DNA from: a virus
IMG/VR virus record: IMGVR_UViG_3300029362_000002
Direction: 5' to 3' (one strand)
Length of the DNA stretch: 64,000 nucleotides
Each line of letters begins with the position of its first letter. Position 1 is the first letter of the stretch. Shown piece after piece: positions 55,416-63,478 of the stretch. Below the pieces are notes generated by a model. It was not told the origin of the DNA. It was given only the letters and a program-made list of their open reading frames with translations, and made no database searches. The translations under genes were made by a program, and so were the position numbers.

Positions 55416-55698
55416 AGGATGGGAAGAAAGCGGGAAAAACTGGGATGATTTTTGCAAGCCTGGAGAGCTGGTGGACGAAGATATCTACTGGTACTTCTTG
55501 AATATTTTGCCACCGAGAAATATGGGAGCAGGATATCTGCAGGTAGGAGAACCTTACGACAGTAGATTAAACCCGAAGACAGGAAAATATATGGCAACCT
55601 ATTCTACATTCGTGAAAGTAGGGGATAAGGTATGGAAATATTGCGGAAATTGTTTCCCAGGAGAAAGCGTTGATATTGAAAGCGAGGACAAGAGATGA
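55369..55698 (+). CDS. Hypothetical protein
   Basis: 109-aa ORF. The start may be ATG 55378. Confidence 0.5.
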   Translation: MQRMSEEKQKEIKTLKGWEESGKNWDDFCKPGELVDEDIYWYFLNILPPRNMGAGYLQVGEPYDSRLNPKTGKYMATYSTFVKVGDKVWKYCGNCFPGESVDIESEDKR

Positions 55699-55946
55699 TT
55701 GTTGGTTATTGCATCCTTAATGGAAAAAAGTGGGTCATGTTCGAGGACAAACAGTGTGCAGCTGGAGAAGTAAAGTTGACCGATGGATTCAAGGATAAGC
55801 TGATCCGTTGGAACAGCGATAAGCTGATCGGAATGGAAAGCATCAGCAAGGAAGAGATTGATCTGAGAAAAGTCGTGAAGCGCATGAGAGGAGCTAGGCC
55901 TTGGCATCCTCTTCTGCAGGCTTTGAGAAAGGAGCTGGAAGGATGA
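55695..55946 (+). CDS. Hypothetical protein
   Basis: 83 aa, ATGA-coupled. Confidence 0.5.
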   Translation: MIVGYCILNGKKWVMFEDKQCAAGEVKLTDGFKDKLIRWNSDKLIGMESISKEEIDLRKVVKRMRGARPWHPLLQALRKELEG

Positions 55947-56617
55947 ACGAAATTAAGATCACGCCGGAAGAAATCGGAAAGGCCGCAGAGCTTATCCGAA
56001 AAGTAGCAGAGGGAACAACGCAACCTGCAGAGCCGCTTACCAGTTGGGAAATCGCAAAAATTTTCCAGAGTACGCACACGAGAATTTTCAATCGGATTTC
56101 TCGGTTTTACAATGCAGAAGCGTCCGAAGACGAAAAGAAGGAGTTCGAGATTGCGTACAGACCGTATAGAAACCAGAGAAAACATCCAATCTGGAAACTG
56201 AGTGAAAAAGGCTGCCAGCTTTACATTGAAAAGATATGTGCCGAGGAAAAACGTAGTAAGGCTTTCGTGGAAGGACTTGGGAAATTTAATGATTTAATCG
56301 CACAGCATTTCCATGGAGTAAAAACGCAGGAAAATATCCTGATGAAGGGAAGATCCAGAACAGAGTGCAGTTACATAAAGAATCTGTTCGACCAGTTTAT
56401 CGAAGGCCCGGCAATCGAGAATAGAGAAATCGAAGAGCTTGGGGCAAAATACGAAGAGTTTTATAAGGCAATGGGCGGGCTGAATGATGATGTAGCAGCC
56501 AAAAGAAAAGTAGAGGACTCGGTAATGGGAGTTGCAATCGAGGCAGAAATGCAGGGATTTATCTATGGATTCAAAGTATTTGAGATACTTTTGAATAGAG
56601 AATTAGCCACAGCATAG
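55943..56617 (+). CDS. Putative Rha-like regulatory protein
   Basis: ATGA-coupled ATG at 55943. LTSWEIAKIFQSTHTRIFNRISRF resembles the Rha-type DNA-binding N-domain. Confidence 0.4.
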   Translation: MNEIKITPEEIGKAAELIRKVAEGTTQPAEPLTSWEIAKIFQSTHTRIFNRISRFYNAEASEDEKKEFEIAYRPYRNQRKHPIWKLSEKGCQLYIEKICAEEKRSKAFVEGLGKFNDLIAQHFHGVKTQENILMKGRSRTECSYIKNLFDQFIEGPAIENREIEELGAKYEEFYKAMGGLNDDVAAKRKVEDSVMGVAIEAEMQGFIYGFKVFEILLNRELATA

Positions 56618-56629
56618 GAGGAAAAGAAC

Positions 56630-57772
56630 ATGGCAAAAGCAAAGTTTATGAATGGTGAGTTTTCAGCAAAGTTTAAAGGAAAGAGAAGATTCGTTGCAGA
56701 GCAGATGGAAGCAATTAAGGATTATGCGGCAAGAGATGATATGCAGATCAATATTTGTCCGGTAATCCAGGAGAGACCTTCTGGAAAAAAGAATACTGAG
56801 GAGCAGATCACACCAACCCATTTCATCAGCGGAAACCTGGAACACGCAGTAGTGGCAATTTACGACAATGCCGGCATCCCGTCATTCATGCACAGATTCC
56901 GCAAGGTGACAAATAAGGAGCTGTTCGGTGGAAGCGATAAAACAAATGCAGCGTTTATCATTGGAGATGAAGAATACGATGAAATTTACATTTCTGTCTA
57001 TGAGAACTGCGAAATTAACGGAAAGCCTTATAGCCTGCCAATGCAGAAGCCATGGACAGGAATTACCAATGATGAGGCGGCGAGAGCTTGTTTTTCAAAG
57101 GGAGAGGGATGGCATCTTATGACAAGAGCTGAATGGGGATTACTTGCGAACCTCAGCTTGAAAAATGGTACTTTGCCACATGGCAACACGAACTATGGAA
57201 AGTACCATGCAAACCCGGAAGAACATGGAGAGTCAGCAGGAGAATCCGGAAAGACCAAAACCGGATCAGGACCGGCAACATGGACCCACGATCATACATT
57301 GGAAGGCGTTCACGATCTGTCCGGAAACGTATGGGAAATGGTAAGAGGCCTGAGAATAAAAGACGGACAGCTGGAGATGGTAAAGAATAACGATGCAGCA
57401 TTGGATATTGATCTTACCCTTGAAGGAGATAACTGGGAACCGGTAAGAGATGATTCCGGAAAGTCTATTAGAGTAAGCGTTTCCGATGGCGGTATCAAAT
57501 TCCTTGCTGAAAGTGATCACGAAGAGGGATACGATGGATGTAGATGGGAAGATGTTAATATTGATTGCGAGAGCGAAACACTGAAAGAGCTGGCTCTGTA
57601 TCCTGGAGAGCCGGAAGCCTACTGCTATATTGATAGCACTGAGGGAGAATATTTGCCGATCTGCGGGGGCAGCTGGTACAGCGCTTCCAGTGCTGGCGTG
57701 TTCCGCGTGCACCTGAGCAACCCTCGGACTAACGCCCGCTGGCTACCTCGGTTTCCGCTCCGCTTATTTTAG
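56630..57772 (+). CDS. DGR variable protein 2 (paralog of target 1), C-terminus frameshifted by a 1-nt insertion in VR2
   Basis: GIPSFMHRF, DLSGNVWEMVRGLR, ICGGSWYSASSAGVFRVHLSNPRTNAR then WLPRFPLRLF* instead of G-Y-L-G-F-R-S-A. Confidence 0.8.
   Translation: MAKAKFMNGEFSAKFKGKRRFVAEQMEAIKDYAARDDMQINICPVIQERPSGKKNTEEQITPTHFISGNLEHAVVAIYDNAGIPSFMHRFRKVTNKELFGGSDKTNAAFIIGDEEYDEIYISVYENCEINGKPYSLPMQKPWTGITNDEAARACFSKGEGWHLMTRAEWGLLANLSLKNGTLPHGNTNYGKYHANPEEHGESAGESGKTKTGSGPATWTHDHTLEGVHDLSGNVWEMVRGLRIKDGQLEMVKNNDAALDIDLTLEGDNWEPVRDDSGKSIRVSVSDGGIKFLAESDHEEGYDGCRWEDVNIDCESETLKELALYPGEPEAYCYIDSTEGEYLPICGGSWYSASSAGVFRVHLSNPRTNARWLPRFPLRLF
57653..57765 (+). repeat. DGR variable region VR2 (remote)
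   Basis: Matches TR with 13 substitutions, all at TR adenines, plus one inserted T at 57740. Confidence 0.9.
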
Positions 57773-57798
57773 AAAACTGAAAACTGAGTAACTGATAT

Positions 57799-57816
57799 GG
57801 CGGCTGGAAAGCCGCC
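57799..57816 (+). promoter_or_regulatory. Hairpin downstream of VR2
   Basis: ggcggct-ggaa-agccgcc: 7-bp stem and 4-nt loop. The stem arms are swapped relative to the VR1 hairpin. Confidence 0.65.
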
Positions 57817-57845
57817 GTTCATATATGAGAATGAGGAGAAAAGCC

Positions 57846-59201
57846 ATGGAAGAAAGAAGAGATATAGTTTATATCGGAATAGATCACATCCATACGCACC
57901 CGGAGAATCCAAGAAAGGATCTCGGAGATTTGACGGAGCTGGCAGAATCGATGAAAAAACAGGGGTGTTTACAGAATTTAACGGTTGTTCCGGTAGAAGA
58001 ACAGCCTGGAGAGTATTATGCGTTGATTGGGAACCGCCGGCATGGAGCATCAAAGTTAGCAGGCCTGGAAGAATTGCCATGCAGGATCGCTGAAGGATTA
58101 AGCCGAAAAGAACAGTTGTCAATCATGCTGGAAGAAAATATGCAGCGCAGCGATTTGACAATTTATGAGCAGGCCCAGGGATTTCAGCTTATGCTTGATT
58201 TGGGAGATACCGAGGAACAAATTGCTGAGAAAACTGGATTCAGCAAGACTACCATTCGCCGTAGGTTAAATATTGCGAAGCTAAACCAGGATGAACTTAA
58301 AAAGAAGGAGCAGGATGAAAATTTTCAGTTAACGCTGAAGGATTTATACGAACTGGAAAAAGTGAAAGATATTAAGACGAGGGATAAAATTCTCAGAGAA
58401 GCAACCAGTTCAAGAGACTTGGTGAGCAGAGCGCAAGCAGCTGCAGCAGAAGCTAAACGAAATGAAAATGCAAAAAAACTGAAAGAGATGTTGAAGAAGA
58501 AAGGCATTAAGGCTGCCCCGAAGTCAGCAGAAAATGAAATTTGGAGCGGAAAATGGAATACTATTAAGGAGTATGAGTTAGACAAAGACGTTCCGGAGCA
58601 GATCAAACTTCCAAAGACAGAAGAAGAAAAATTTTTCTTAGTATATTATCGTAGCTTGAGAATTATTACAAAAATTCCAAAAGGAAAGAAAGAACTTTCA
58701 CCTTGGGAAAAAGAGCAAAAGGAAAAGGATCAGGCAAAAAGGAAAATCAAAGCGATATTAAAAGAAAGCAGTGCCAGAAGAAAAGAATTTCTGGAGAATA
58801 TTATTTCGGGGAAAATCAGCCCGGTTAAAGATGAATCTGAAGTAAAAGAAAAGATATGGGAAGCTATGATGGCACTTGGCAGTTACATTTATGCAAGCAC
58901 AGTGCGAGATTTCTATTTGAAAAAGAGCTACTATGAATCTTCACCAGAAGAGAAAAAAGCAGCAGATGAGTCAGCGGGAAAACTTAGTTCCTTACATCAG
59001 ATGATGATTATTTTGCACAATTCAATGAAAATTTGCAACGAACCGTATGATTACAACTTGGTCTTTAATAAAAACAAAGGAGACGCACTCTTGAAAGGAT
59101 ATGAGGTGTTTGAGCCGTATGGTTGGTATTTTGAAGATGAAAAGGAACGTCAGGTGCTGGATGGAACATCTGAACTGTACAGAAAGGAGAAGAAAGAGTG
59201 A
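57846..59201 (+). CDS. ParB/Spo0J-like DNA-binding protein with long C-terminal extension
   Basis: ATG at 57846 follows GAGGAG. ParB N-domain (IDHIHTHPENPRK, LIGNRRHGASKLAG) and HTH (EEQIAEKTGFSKTTIRRRLNIAKL). Confidence 0.7.
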   Translation: MEERRDIVYIGIDHIHTHPENPRKDLGDLTELAESMKKQGCLQNLTVVPVEEQPGEYYALIGNRRHGASKLAGLEELPCRIAEGLSRKEQLSIMLEENMQRSDLTIYEQAQGFQLMLDLGDTEEQIAEKTGFSKTTIRRRLNIAKLNQDELKKKEQDENFQLTLKDLYELEKVKDIKTRDKILREATSSRDLVSRAQAAAAEAKRNENAKKLKEMLKKKGIKAAPKSAENEIWSGKWNTIKEYELDKDVPEQIKLPKTEEEKFFLVYYRSLRIITKIPKGKKELSPWEKEQKEKDQAKRKIKAILKESSARRKEFLENIISGKISPVKDESEVKEKIWEAMMALGSYIYASTVRDFYLKKSYYESSPEEKKAADESAGKLSSLHQMMIILHNSMKICNEPYDYNLVFNKNKGDALLKGYEVFEPYGWYFEDEKERQVLDGTSELYRKEKKE

Positions 59202-59680
59202 GCAGAAGACCAGAGATAACAGCTACGTTGTCTCTGGCACTTGAAAAGAAAATCAATCCGTACAATGATCCACGGATATACTGGGCTAAGGAAGTGACAT
59301 TTGATTACTCCACAAACCATGCAGTCAGAGTTGATTATATGAGATATAAGCCGGTTAATAATACTGTGTCCGGAATAGAAAAAGGAGACTTTTACTGTTA
59401 TGAAGTGAAATCATCTGTAGAGGATTTTCGCTCGGGGCATGGCTTGAATTTCCTCGGAGATTATAATTACCTGGTAATGCCGGAGAAGATTTACGCAACG
59501 ATTTCATTGGAGGTCCCACACTACGTTGGTGTATATGTTTTGGATGGAACAGAATTAACCTGCATAAAGAAAGCCAAGAGACATGATCGGAGCAGACCAG
59601 TATCAGAAATGCTGCTTATGATGTTTAGATCAGCAGCAAGAGACAGGAGGCGGATATGCAGTGAAATTACGCAGGAATAA
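59198..59680 (+). CDS. MmcB-like PD-(D/E)XK-fold protein
   Basis: VDYMRY...GDFYCYEVKSSVEDF gives D..E-x-K spacing. ATGA-type coupling to the ParB-like gene. Confidence 0.45.
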   Translation: MSRRPEITATLSLALEKKINPYNDPRIYWAKEVTFDYSTNHAVRVDYMRYKPVNNTVSGIEKGDFYCYEVKSSVEDFRSGHGLNFLGDYNYLVMPEKIYATISLEVPHYVGVYVLDGTELTCIKKAKRHDRSRPVSEMLLMMFRSAARDRRRICSEITQE

Positions 59681-60101
59681 TGAATATATGTTTCAAGTTG
59701 TAGAGTGCAATACTTATATGAAAAGAATTAAGGACGGAAAATATATCCGGCACTCTGAACAATACTCCGATGTTTATTACTATGTTGACGAAAATGCTGA
59801 AGAAAAGGAAAGAAAAGTAGAACCGGAAGAATGGGGCGGTAGCGATTTCGTAAAAACATATTACGAGGCAGTGGAGAAGAGATTTGTAGGCGTTGTCATA
59901 GGTATGAAGCTTATTACGCTGAAAGCAGAATTGTTTTGTGATAGTGCTTGCAGGCCAGATGGAGTAGAAGTTGATTTTGTAAACCGAAATGATATAGAGC
60001 AGAAAAAGGTTGCCATTGTAGCATATGGGTGCAATAAAACAAGGCTTGTTCCGTTGGAACAGTTAAAGATCATAAGGAAAGTAGAGGAAGGCGAGACATG
60101 A
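59661..60101 (+). CDS. Hypothetical protein
   Basis: GTG 10 nt after AGGAGG. 146 aa. Confidence 0.45.
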   Translation: MKLRRNNEYMFQVVECNTYMKRIKDGKYIRHSEQYSDVYYYVDENAEEKERKVEPEEWGGSDFVKTYYEAVEKRFVGVVIGMKLITLKAELFCDSACRPDGVEVDFVNRNDIEQKKVAIVAYGCNKTRLVPLEQLKIIRKVEEGET

Positions 60102-60337
60102 AAACAGGTAAATATACGAAAGATGGAAGAGAGATGCAGGTGGGCGATGTTGTACACTTCAGATGCAAAAATCATCCGCTGAGCGGAAAAGGTGTAGTAT
60201 TCATGGGAAAGGAAGTAGATGGCTTAGGAGAAGATCCGTTCCGCATCAGAGATACAAGAACCGGAAGAAATAATGGACGGATATACCCTTATTACGATGA
60301 TGCAGTATATCGAATTGACGGAAGAGAGGGTGAGTAG
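60098..60337 (+). CDS. Hypothetical protein
   Basis: 79 aa, ATGA-coupled. Confidence 0.5.
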   Translation: MKTGKYTKDGREMQVGDVVHFRCKNHPLSGKGVVFMGKEVDGLGEDPFRIRDTRTGRNNGRIYPYYDDAVYRIDGREGE

Positions 60338-60339
60338 TC

Positions 60340-60582
60340 ATGGCAAAGCAGATGGTTTTGAACCGAAAGATGTACAAGGAAATTAAGAAAATGGACCACC
60401 AGGATATGTCCAACTACTTGTCGCGGTATTACATGAACGCATATAACCAGGGCAAGGAAGACTCCGAAGGATTGAAGGCAGATGAGCTAAGAGAAATCCT
60501 TTTGACAGTAAAGGGAATCGGACCAGCAAAGGCAGAGAACATTATGGAAGCAGTTGGAAAAGCCCTTGCAGAAAAGGGGTGA
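60340..60582 (+). CDS. Small helix-hairpin-helix-like protein
   Basis: LTVKGIGPAKAENIMEAVG is HhH-like. Confidence 0.45.
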   Translation: MAKQMVLNRKMYKEIKKMDHQDMSNYLSRYYMNAYNQGKEDSEGLKADELREILLTVKGIGPAKAENIMEAVGKALAEKG

Positions 60583-60806
60583 GGGAGATGTGGCAGCGAG
60601 GAGTCGAATGCGATGGCAAGTGCTATACTGATGAAGGAATATGTCCGAGAGCTGAGTGGTGCGATAAAACCAGGAAAGGTGAGTTTGCGGCAACAGCGCT
60701 GGCCGGATTTTTCTTTTTGGTGGTGCTGGTAATGTTTGTACCAGGAATGATCGCATTAAAATTGCTGGACTGGGTATATGGAAAATTATATTGGAGGGAG
60801 AGTTGA
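60579..60806 (+). CDS. Cys-rich membrane-anchored small protein
   Basis: C..C..C..C N-terminus followed by TM segment LAGFFFLVVLVMFVPGMIAL. Confidence 0.5.
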   Translation: MREMWQRGVECDGKCYTDEGICPRAEWCDKTRKGEFAATALAGFFFLVVLVMFVPGMIALKLLDWVYGKLYWRES

Positions 60807-60809
60807 CAA

Positions 60810-61049
60810 ATGGAAGAAAAGAAGGTATGGTTAGAAGTGCCAAGATTTACTGGCGAAAATGTACCGGTGAATGTAGCTGCAAGAGTAATGAAGAAAGATC
60901 CTCAGTTTGTGAGACAGGGAATCATCCAGGGATTACTCACATTTGGAGTAGCTTTCAAGAAAGACGGAAGTAGCCAGTATGATTATTACATATCACCTAT
61001 GAAATTCTGGCAGGAAACGGGTTATGTTTATGACGGAATTGAGGTGTAA
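60810..61049 (+). CDS. Putative excisionase/DNA-binding protein
   Basis: 79 aa, the last gene before the attP-like region. VNVAARVMKKDPQFVRQGIIQGLLTFGVA is HTH-like. The functional call rests mostly on position. Confidence 0.35.
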   Translation: MEEKKVWLEVPRFTGENVPVNVAARVMKKDPQFVRQGIIQGLLTFGVAFKKDGSSQYDYYISPMKFWQETGYVYDGIEV

Positions 61050-61089
61050 AATCGGTCTGAGAAGTGCTGAAAAAGTACCAAAATTGGTG

Positions 61090-61111
61090 AATAGGAAACA
61101 GGTAGGCAACA
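61090..61111 (+). repeat. Arm-type repeat pair (left arm of attP-like region)
   Basis: aataggaaaca ggtaggcaaca: two tandem 11-bp units. Confidence 0.6.
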
Positions 61112-61221
61112 AAAATGGCGATATGTATTGATTTTGCAGGCATTACTGTTTAGATCGAGGAAGCTGCAGACGCAGGAAAGTTCTAATCAAACCTTTTTAA
61201 TCAAAGAGTCAACAAACCTAG

Positions 61222-61254
61222 AAAGTACCGTAGTTCCAAGGGCTGCGGTACTTT
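61222..61254 (+). terminator. Long hairpin in the centre of the attP-like region (terminator-like)
   Basis: aaagtaccgtagttc-caa-gggctgcggtacttt, then ttcttagttt. About 15 bp including G-U pairs. Confidence 0.4.
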
Positions 61255-61320
61255 TCTTAGTTTAGATCAAAAAAATGAGAAAGTAATTTGAGACACGGTG
61301 AGAAGCCTTGAAAATGGCAA

Positions 61321-61353
61321 GATAGGCAACAGGTAGGCAACAAGTAGGCAACA
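61321..61353 (+). repeat. Three tandem 11-bp arm-type repeats (right arm of attP-like region)
   Basis: gataggcaaca ggtaggcaaca agtaggcaaca, in the same orientation as the left pair. Confidence 0.7.
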
Positions 61354-61383
61354 GAGCGAAGGAAACAAAAAGAAGAACCGTTC

Positions 61384-61420
61384 ACAGGAAAAGAAAAGCC
61401 GCAACCACAAGGGTTACGGC
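61384..61420 (-). terminator. Terminator of the integrase gene
   Basis: On the minus strand: gccgtaaccc-ttgt-ggttgcggc followed by ttttcttttcc. The int stop codon lies in the stem. Confidence 0.55.
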
Positions 61421-62562
61421 ATTTTTTCTATCTCGGCTCTGAGCCATTCAATATCACGGATTGTATAGACCGCCTCGGTTACGTCTGTGATCTTGTGACC
61501 GGCAAGACGTTTCACAACGTACTCATCTACGCCCGCCTTTTTCGCCATCGTAATGAATGTTGTTCGGGGATCATGCGGCCGATGTTCGGAACGAAGGTGC
61601 AGTGCGGCAACGACCTTGTTAAAGCGCCCAGCGTATTTGTCATAGGTTATTCTCATACCGCCCTTGGCAGCCTCCGGATCATTAAAGAGGCGGTCACTTC
61701 CAAGAGAAACTGCTTCGTCATAATTTCTTTTTACCAGGTCCCGAATACGAGTGTGGATCGGGACGGTACGGTGCTTGCCAGCCTCGGTCTTCATACCGCC
61801 GGTAATACACCACTTTTCCAAGTCAACGTCTTTTAATTCCAAGAGCCCCATTTCTTGGGGACGCCATCCCATATAACACTGTATAAGCAACCAGTCGGCG
61901 AATTTAATGTTGCCAACAGTATTCCAAAGGGCTTCCATCTCAGAATCATTGAAGTTAATATGGCCACGCTTTGCATCTTCCTTTTCTTTGATGATGTCAT
62001 TTGAAAGCTCAAAGGTACGAGCATAGTTTTTCGAGACAAGATCATATTCCATGGCATAGTCCAGCATTAGGTTGAACATGGATTTTATTCTGGATTTCGT
62101 TCCCGGAGATGCAGGCACTTTAGCCCCGGCGTCCTTGCCCCGGTTTTGAATTACATATCCGTCTTCCATGATTCCTTTTATGTGTCGAGCACGCAGATCC
62201 TTTACACGCATCCCCTGTATGGCGTGGCAATATCTCCAGGCAGCAATGATTGTCCTGGAAGAAGAATCACTTTCGAGGGTAGGAAAGTAAGCTGCCGTCC
62301 ATCTTTCGTAAAGCTCGGCCAAGGTCATGTTATCGTTCTGAATGTCGTAGGGATTAGCTCCGTACTCAGCTAAAGCCTGCAGAGCATCTTTTTTAGTCTT
62401 AAAGGTTCCGATAGGAACTCTGTTCTGTACTGCTTTTCCGGTTTCTTCATTTATGACCCAGCCGAGGGTTACTCTGGCCAGATATGGCTTACGCCGGTTT
62501 CCGGATAATTTAGTTACGCTTCCATAACCGTTCGGTAATTTCAATAGATCATCTCCTGTCAC
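61414..62562 (-). CDS. int: Tyrosine integrase
   Basis: 382 aa. C-terminal catalytic pattern GWRPQE, HRPHDPRTTF, LAGHKITDVTEAVYTIRD (R..H-x-x-R..H..Y). Confidence 0.85.
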   Translation of the reverse strand: MTGDDLLKLPNGYGSVTKLSGNRRKPYLARVTLGWVINEETGKAVQNRVPIGTFKTKKDALQALAEYGANPYDIQNDNMTLAELYERWTAAYFPTLESDSSSRTIIAAWRYCHAIQGMRVKDLRARHIKGIMEDGYVIQNRGKDAGAKVPASPGTKSRIKSMFNLMLDYAMEYDLVSKNYARTFELSNDIIKEKEDAKRGHINFNDSEMEALWNTVGNIKFADWLLIQCYMGWRPQEMGLLELKDVDLEKWCITGGMKTEAGKHRTVPIHTRIRDLVKRNYDEAVSLGSDRLFNDPEAAKGGMRITYDKYAGRFNKVVAALHLRSEHRPHDPRTTFITMAKKAGVDEYVVKRLAGHKITDVTEAVYTIRDIEWLRAEIEKMP

Positions 62563-63131
62563 AATGAAATGGTTTCGATAATGCTTCCGAGATTCTGGAA
62601 ATTTGTTCTTATCGGCTCCAGAGAAAGGAGAGAGCTTAAAGCTATACTTTTCTGGTTAGGTTTTTGCTGATCCAGAACAGAAGTAGGCAATACATAAAAT
62701 TCCCAGAGATCAAGATTTCTTATGGATTGCTCGCGACTTCTGGCAGTATACAGGCAAAAGACATACAGGTCAGAATGGCGGCTCCGCTCAGGAGAATAAC
62801 CTGTCTGCGGATTCCATGCTCGCTTTGGTGCGATGTCAAAAATAATGTGTGAAAAGTAGTCCTCGGTCCAAGATTGAAGGTAAGCGGCAGATTTTACTTC
62901 AATCCTTCGCCCGGAAGGGCTGGTTAGATCATAAGGTGTCCAGTCAGTCCTCAAAATTTCTCGGGGGGGGGGTAAAAATGAGAATGATTTTTTTACGAGA
63001 AATTCTGCCAACACCCCTCGAAGCGTATTGTTAAGCAGATCAGAATAGGCCCAGCTCCAAAATTCAGAGACAGATATTCCAGTATCATTTCCATCGAGAG
63101 TAAATTTCTCATTTCCGTTTAGTAGTTCCAT
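62559..63131 (-). CDS. PD-(D/E)XK-fold nuclease-like protein containing a C10 coding homopolymer
   Basis: ATG at 63131 follows GGAGGAAACA. PYDLTSPSGRRIEVKS gives D...E-x-K. G10 run on the + strand at 62963-62972 encodes PPP. Confidence 0.55.
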   Translation of the reverse strand: MELLNGNEKFTLDGNDTGISVSEFWSWAYSDLLNNTLRGVLAEFLVKKSFSFLPPPREILRTDWTPYDLTSPSGRRIEVKSAAYLQSWTEDYFSHIIFDIAPKRAWNPQTGYSPERSRHSDLYVFCLYTARSREQSIRNLDLWEFYVLPTSVLDQQKPNQKSIALSSLLSLEPIRTNFQNLGSIIETISL

Positions 63132-63144
63132 TGTTTCCTCCTCA

Positions 63145-63438
63145 TTAGGTAAGGACAGCCGGCAACTCTCCACTCAGAGATTGAAGCAGAGAGAGTTGAC
63201 ACACTTCATCCGAGAGAGGACCGTAAGAGTGAACCATGACAATTAGGGATTCATCAGGTAAAGAGATACGAGCCTGTAACCTTTGAATTTTGGCGGTTGT
63301 CCTGTACAAAGTTTGGGTATCATAGCAATTAAGACTTGCGCAGAATGAAGCAAGGTAAAAAAGAATGGCCGGTGCGTCATGCCCGGCCATCTCTTCTGTT
63401 CTTGCAAGTGCGAAATACTTGGTTGCGTTGTGTTGCAT
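63145..63438 (-). CDS. Hypothetical protein of the lysogeny module
   Basis: ATG at 63438, 7 nt after AGGAGG on the minus strand. 97 aa. Confidence 0.45.
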   Translation of the reverse strand: MQHNATKYFALARTEEMAGHDAPAILFYLASFCASLNCYDTQTLYRTTAKIQRLQARISLPDESLIVMVHSYGPLSDEVCQLSLLQSLSGELPAVLT

Positions 63439-63478
63439 AAAGCATCCTCCTGTCAGTACCGAGTTTTGCGATACCAGC

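Noticed and set aside
57846-59201. ParB-like gene as evidence for a phage-plasmid partition system
   Set aside because: No ParA/Walker ATPase partner and no recognisable parS repeats were seen. ParB-domain proteins are common in phages and leading regions without partition function.
61321-61353. Short tandem repeats considered as a CRISPR array or iterons
   Set aside because: The units are 11 bp with no spacers and only 3 (+2) copies. Their position beside int fits arm-type recombinase sites, not CRISPR.
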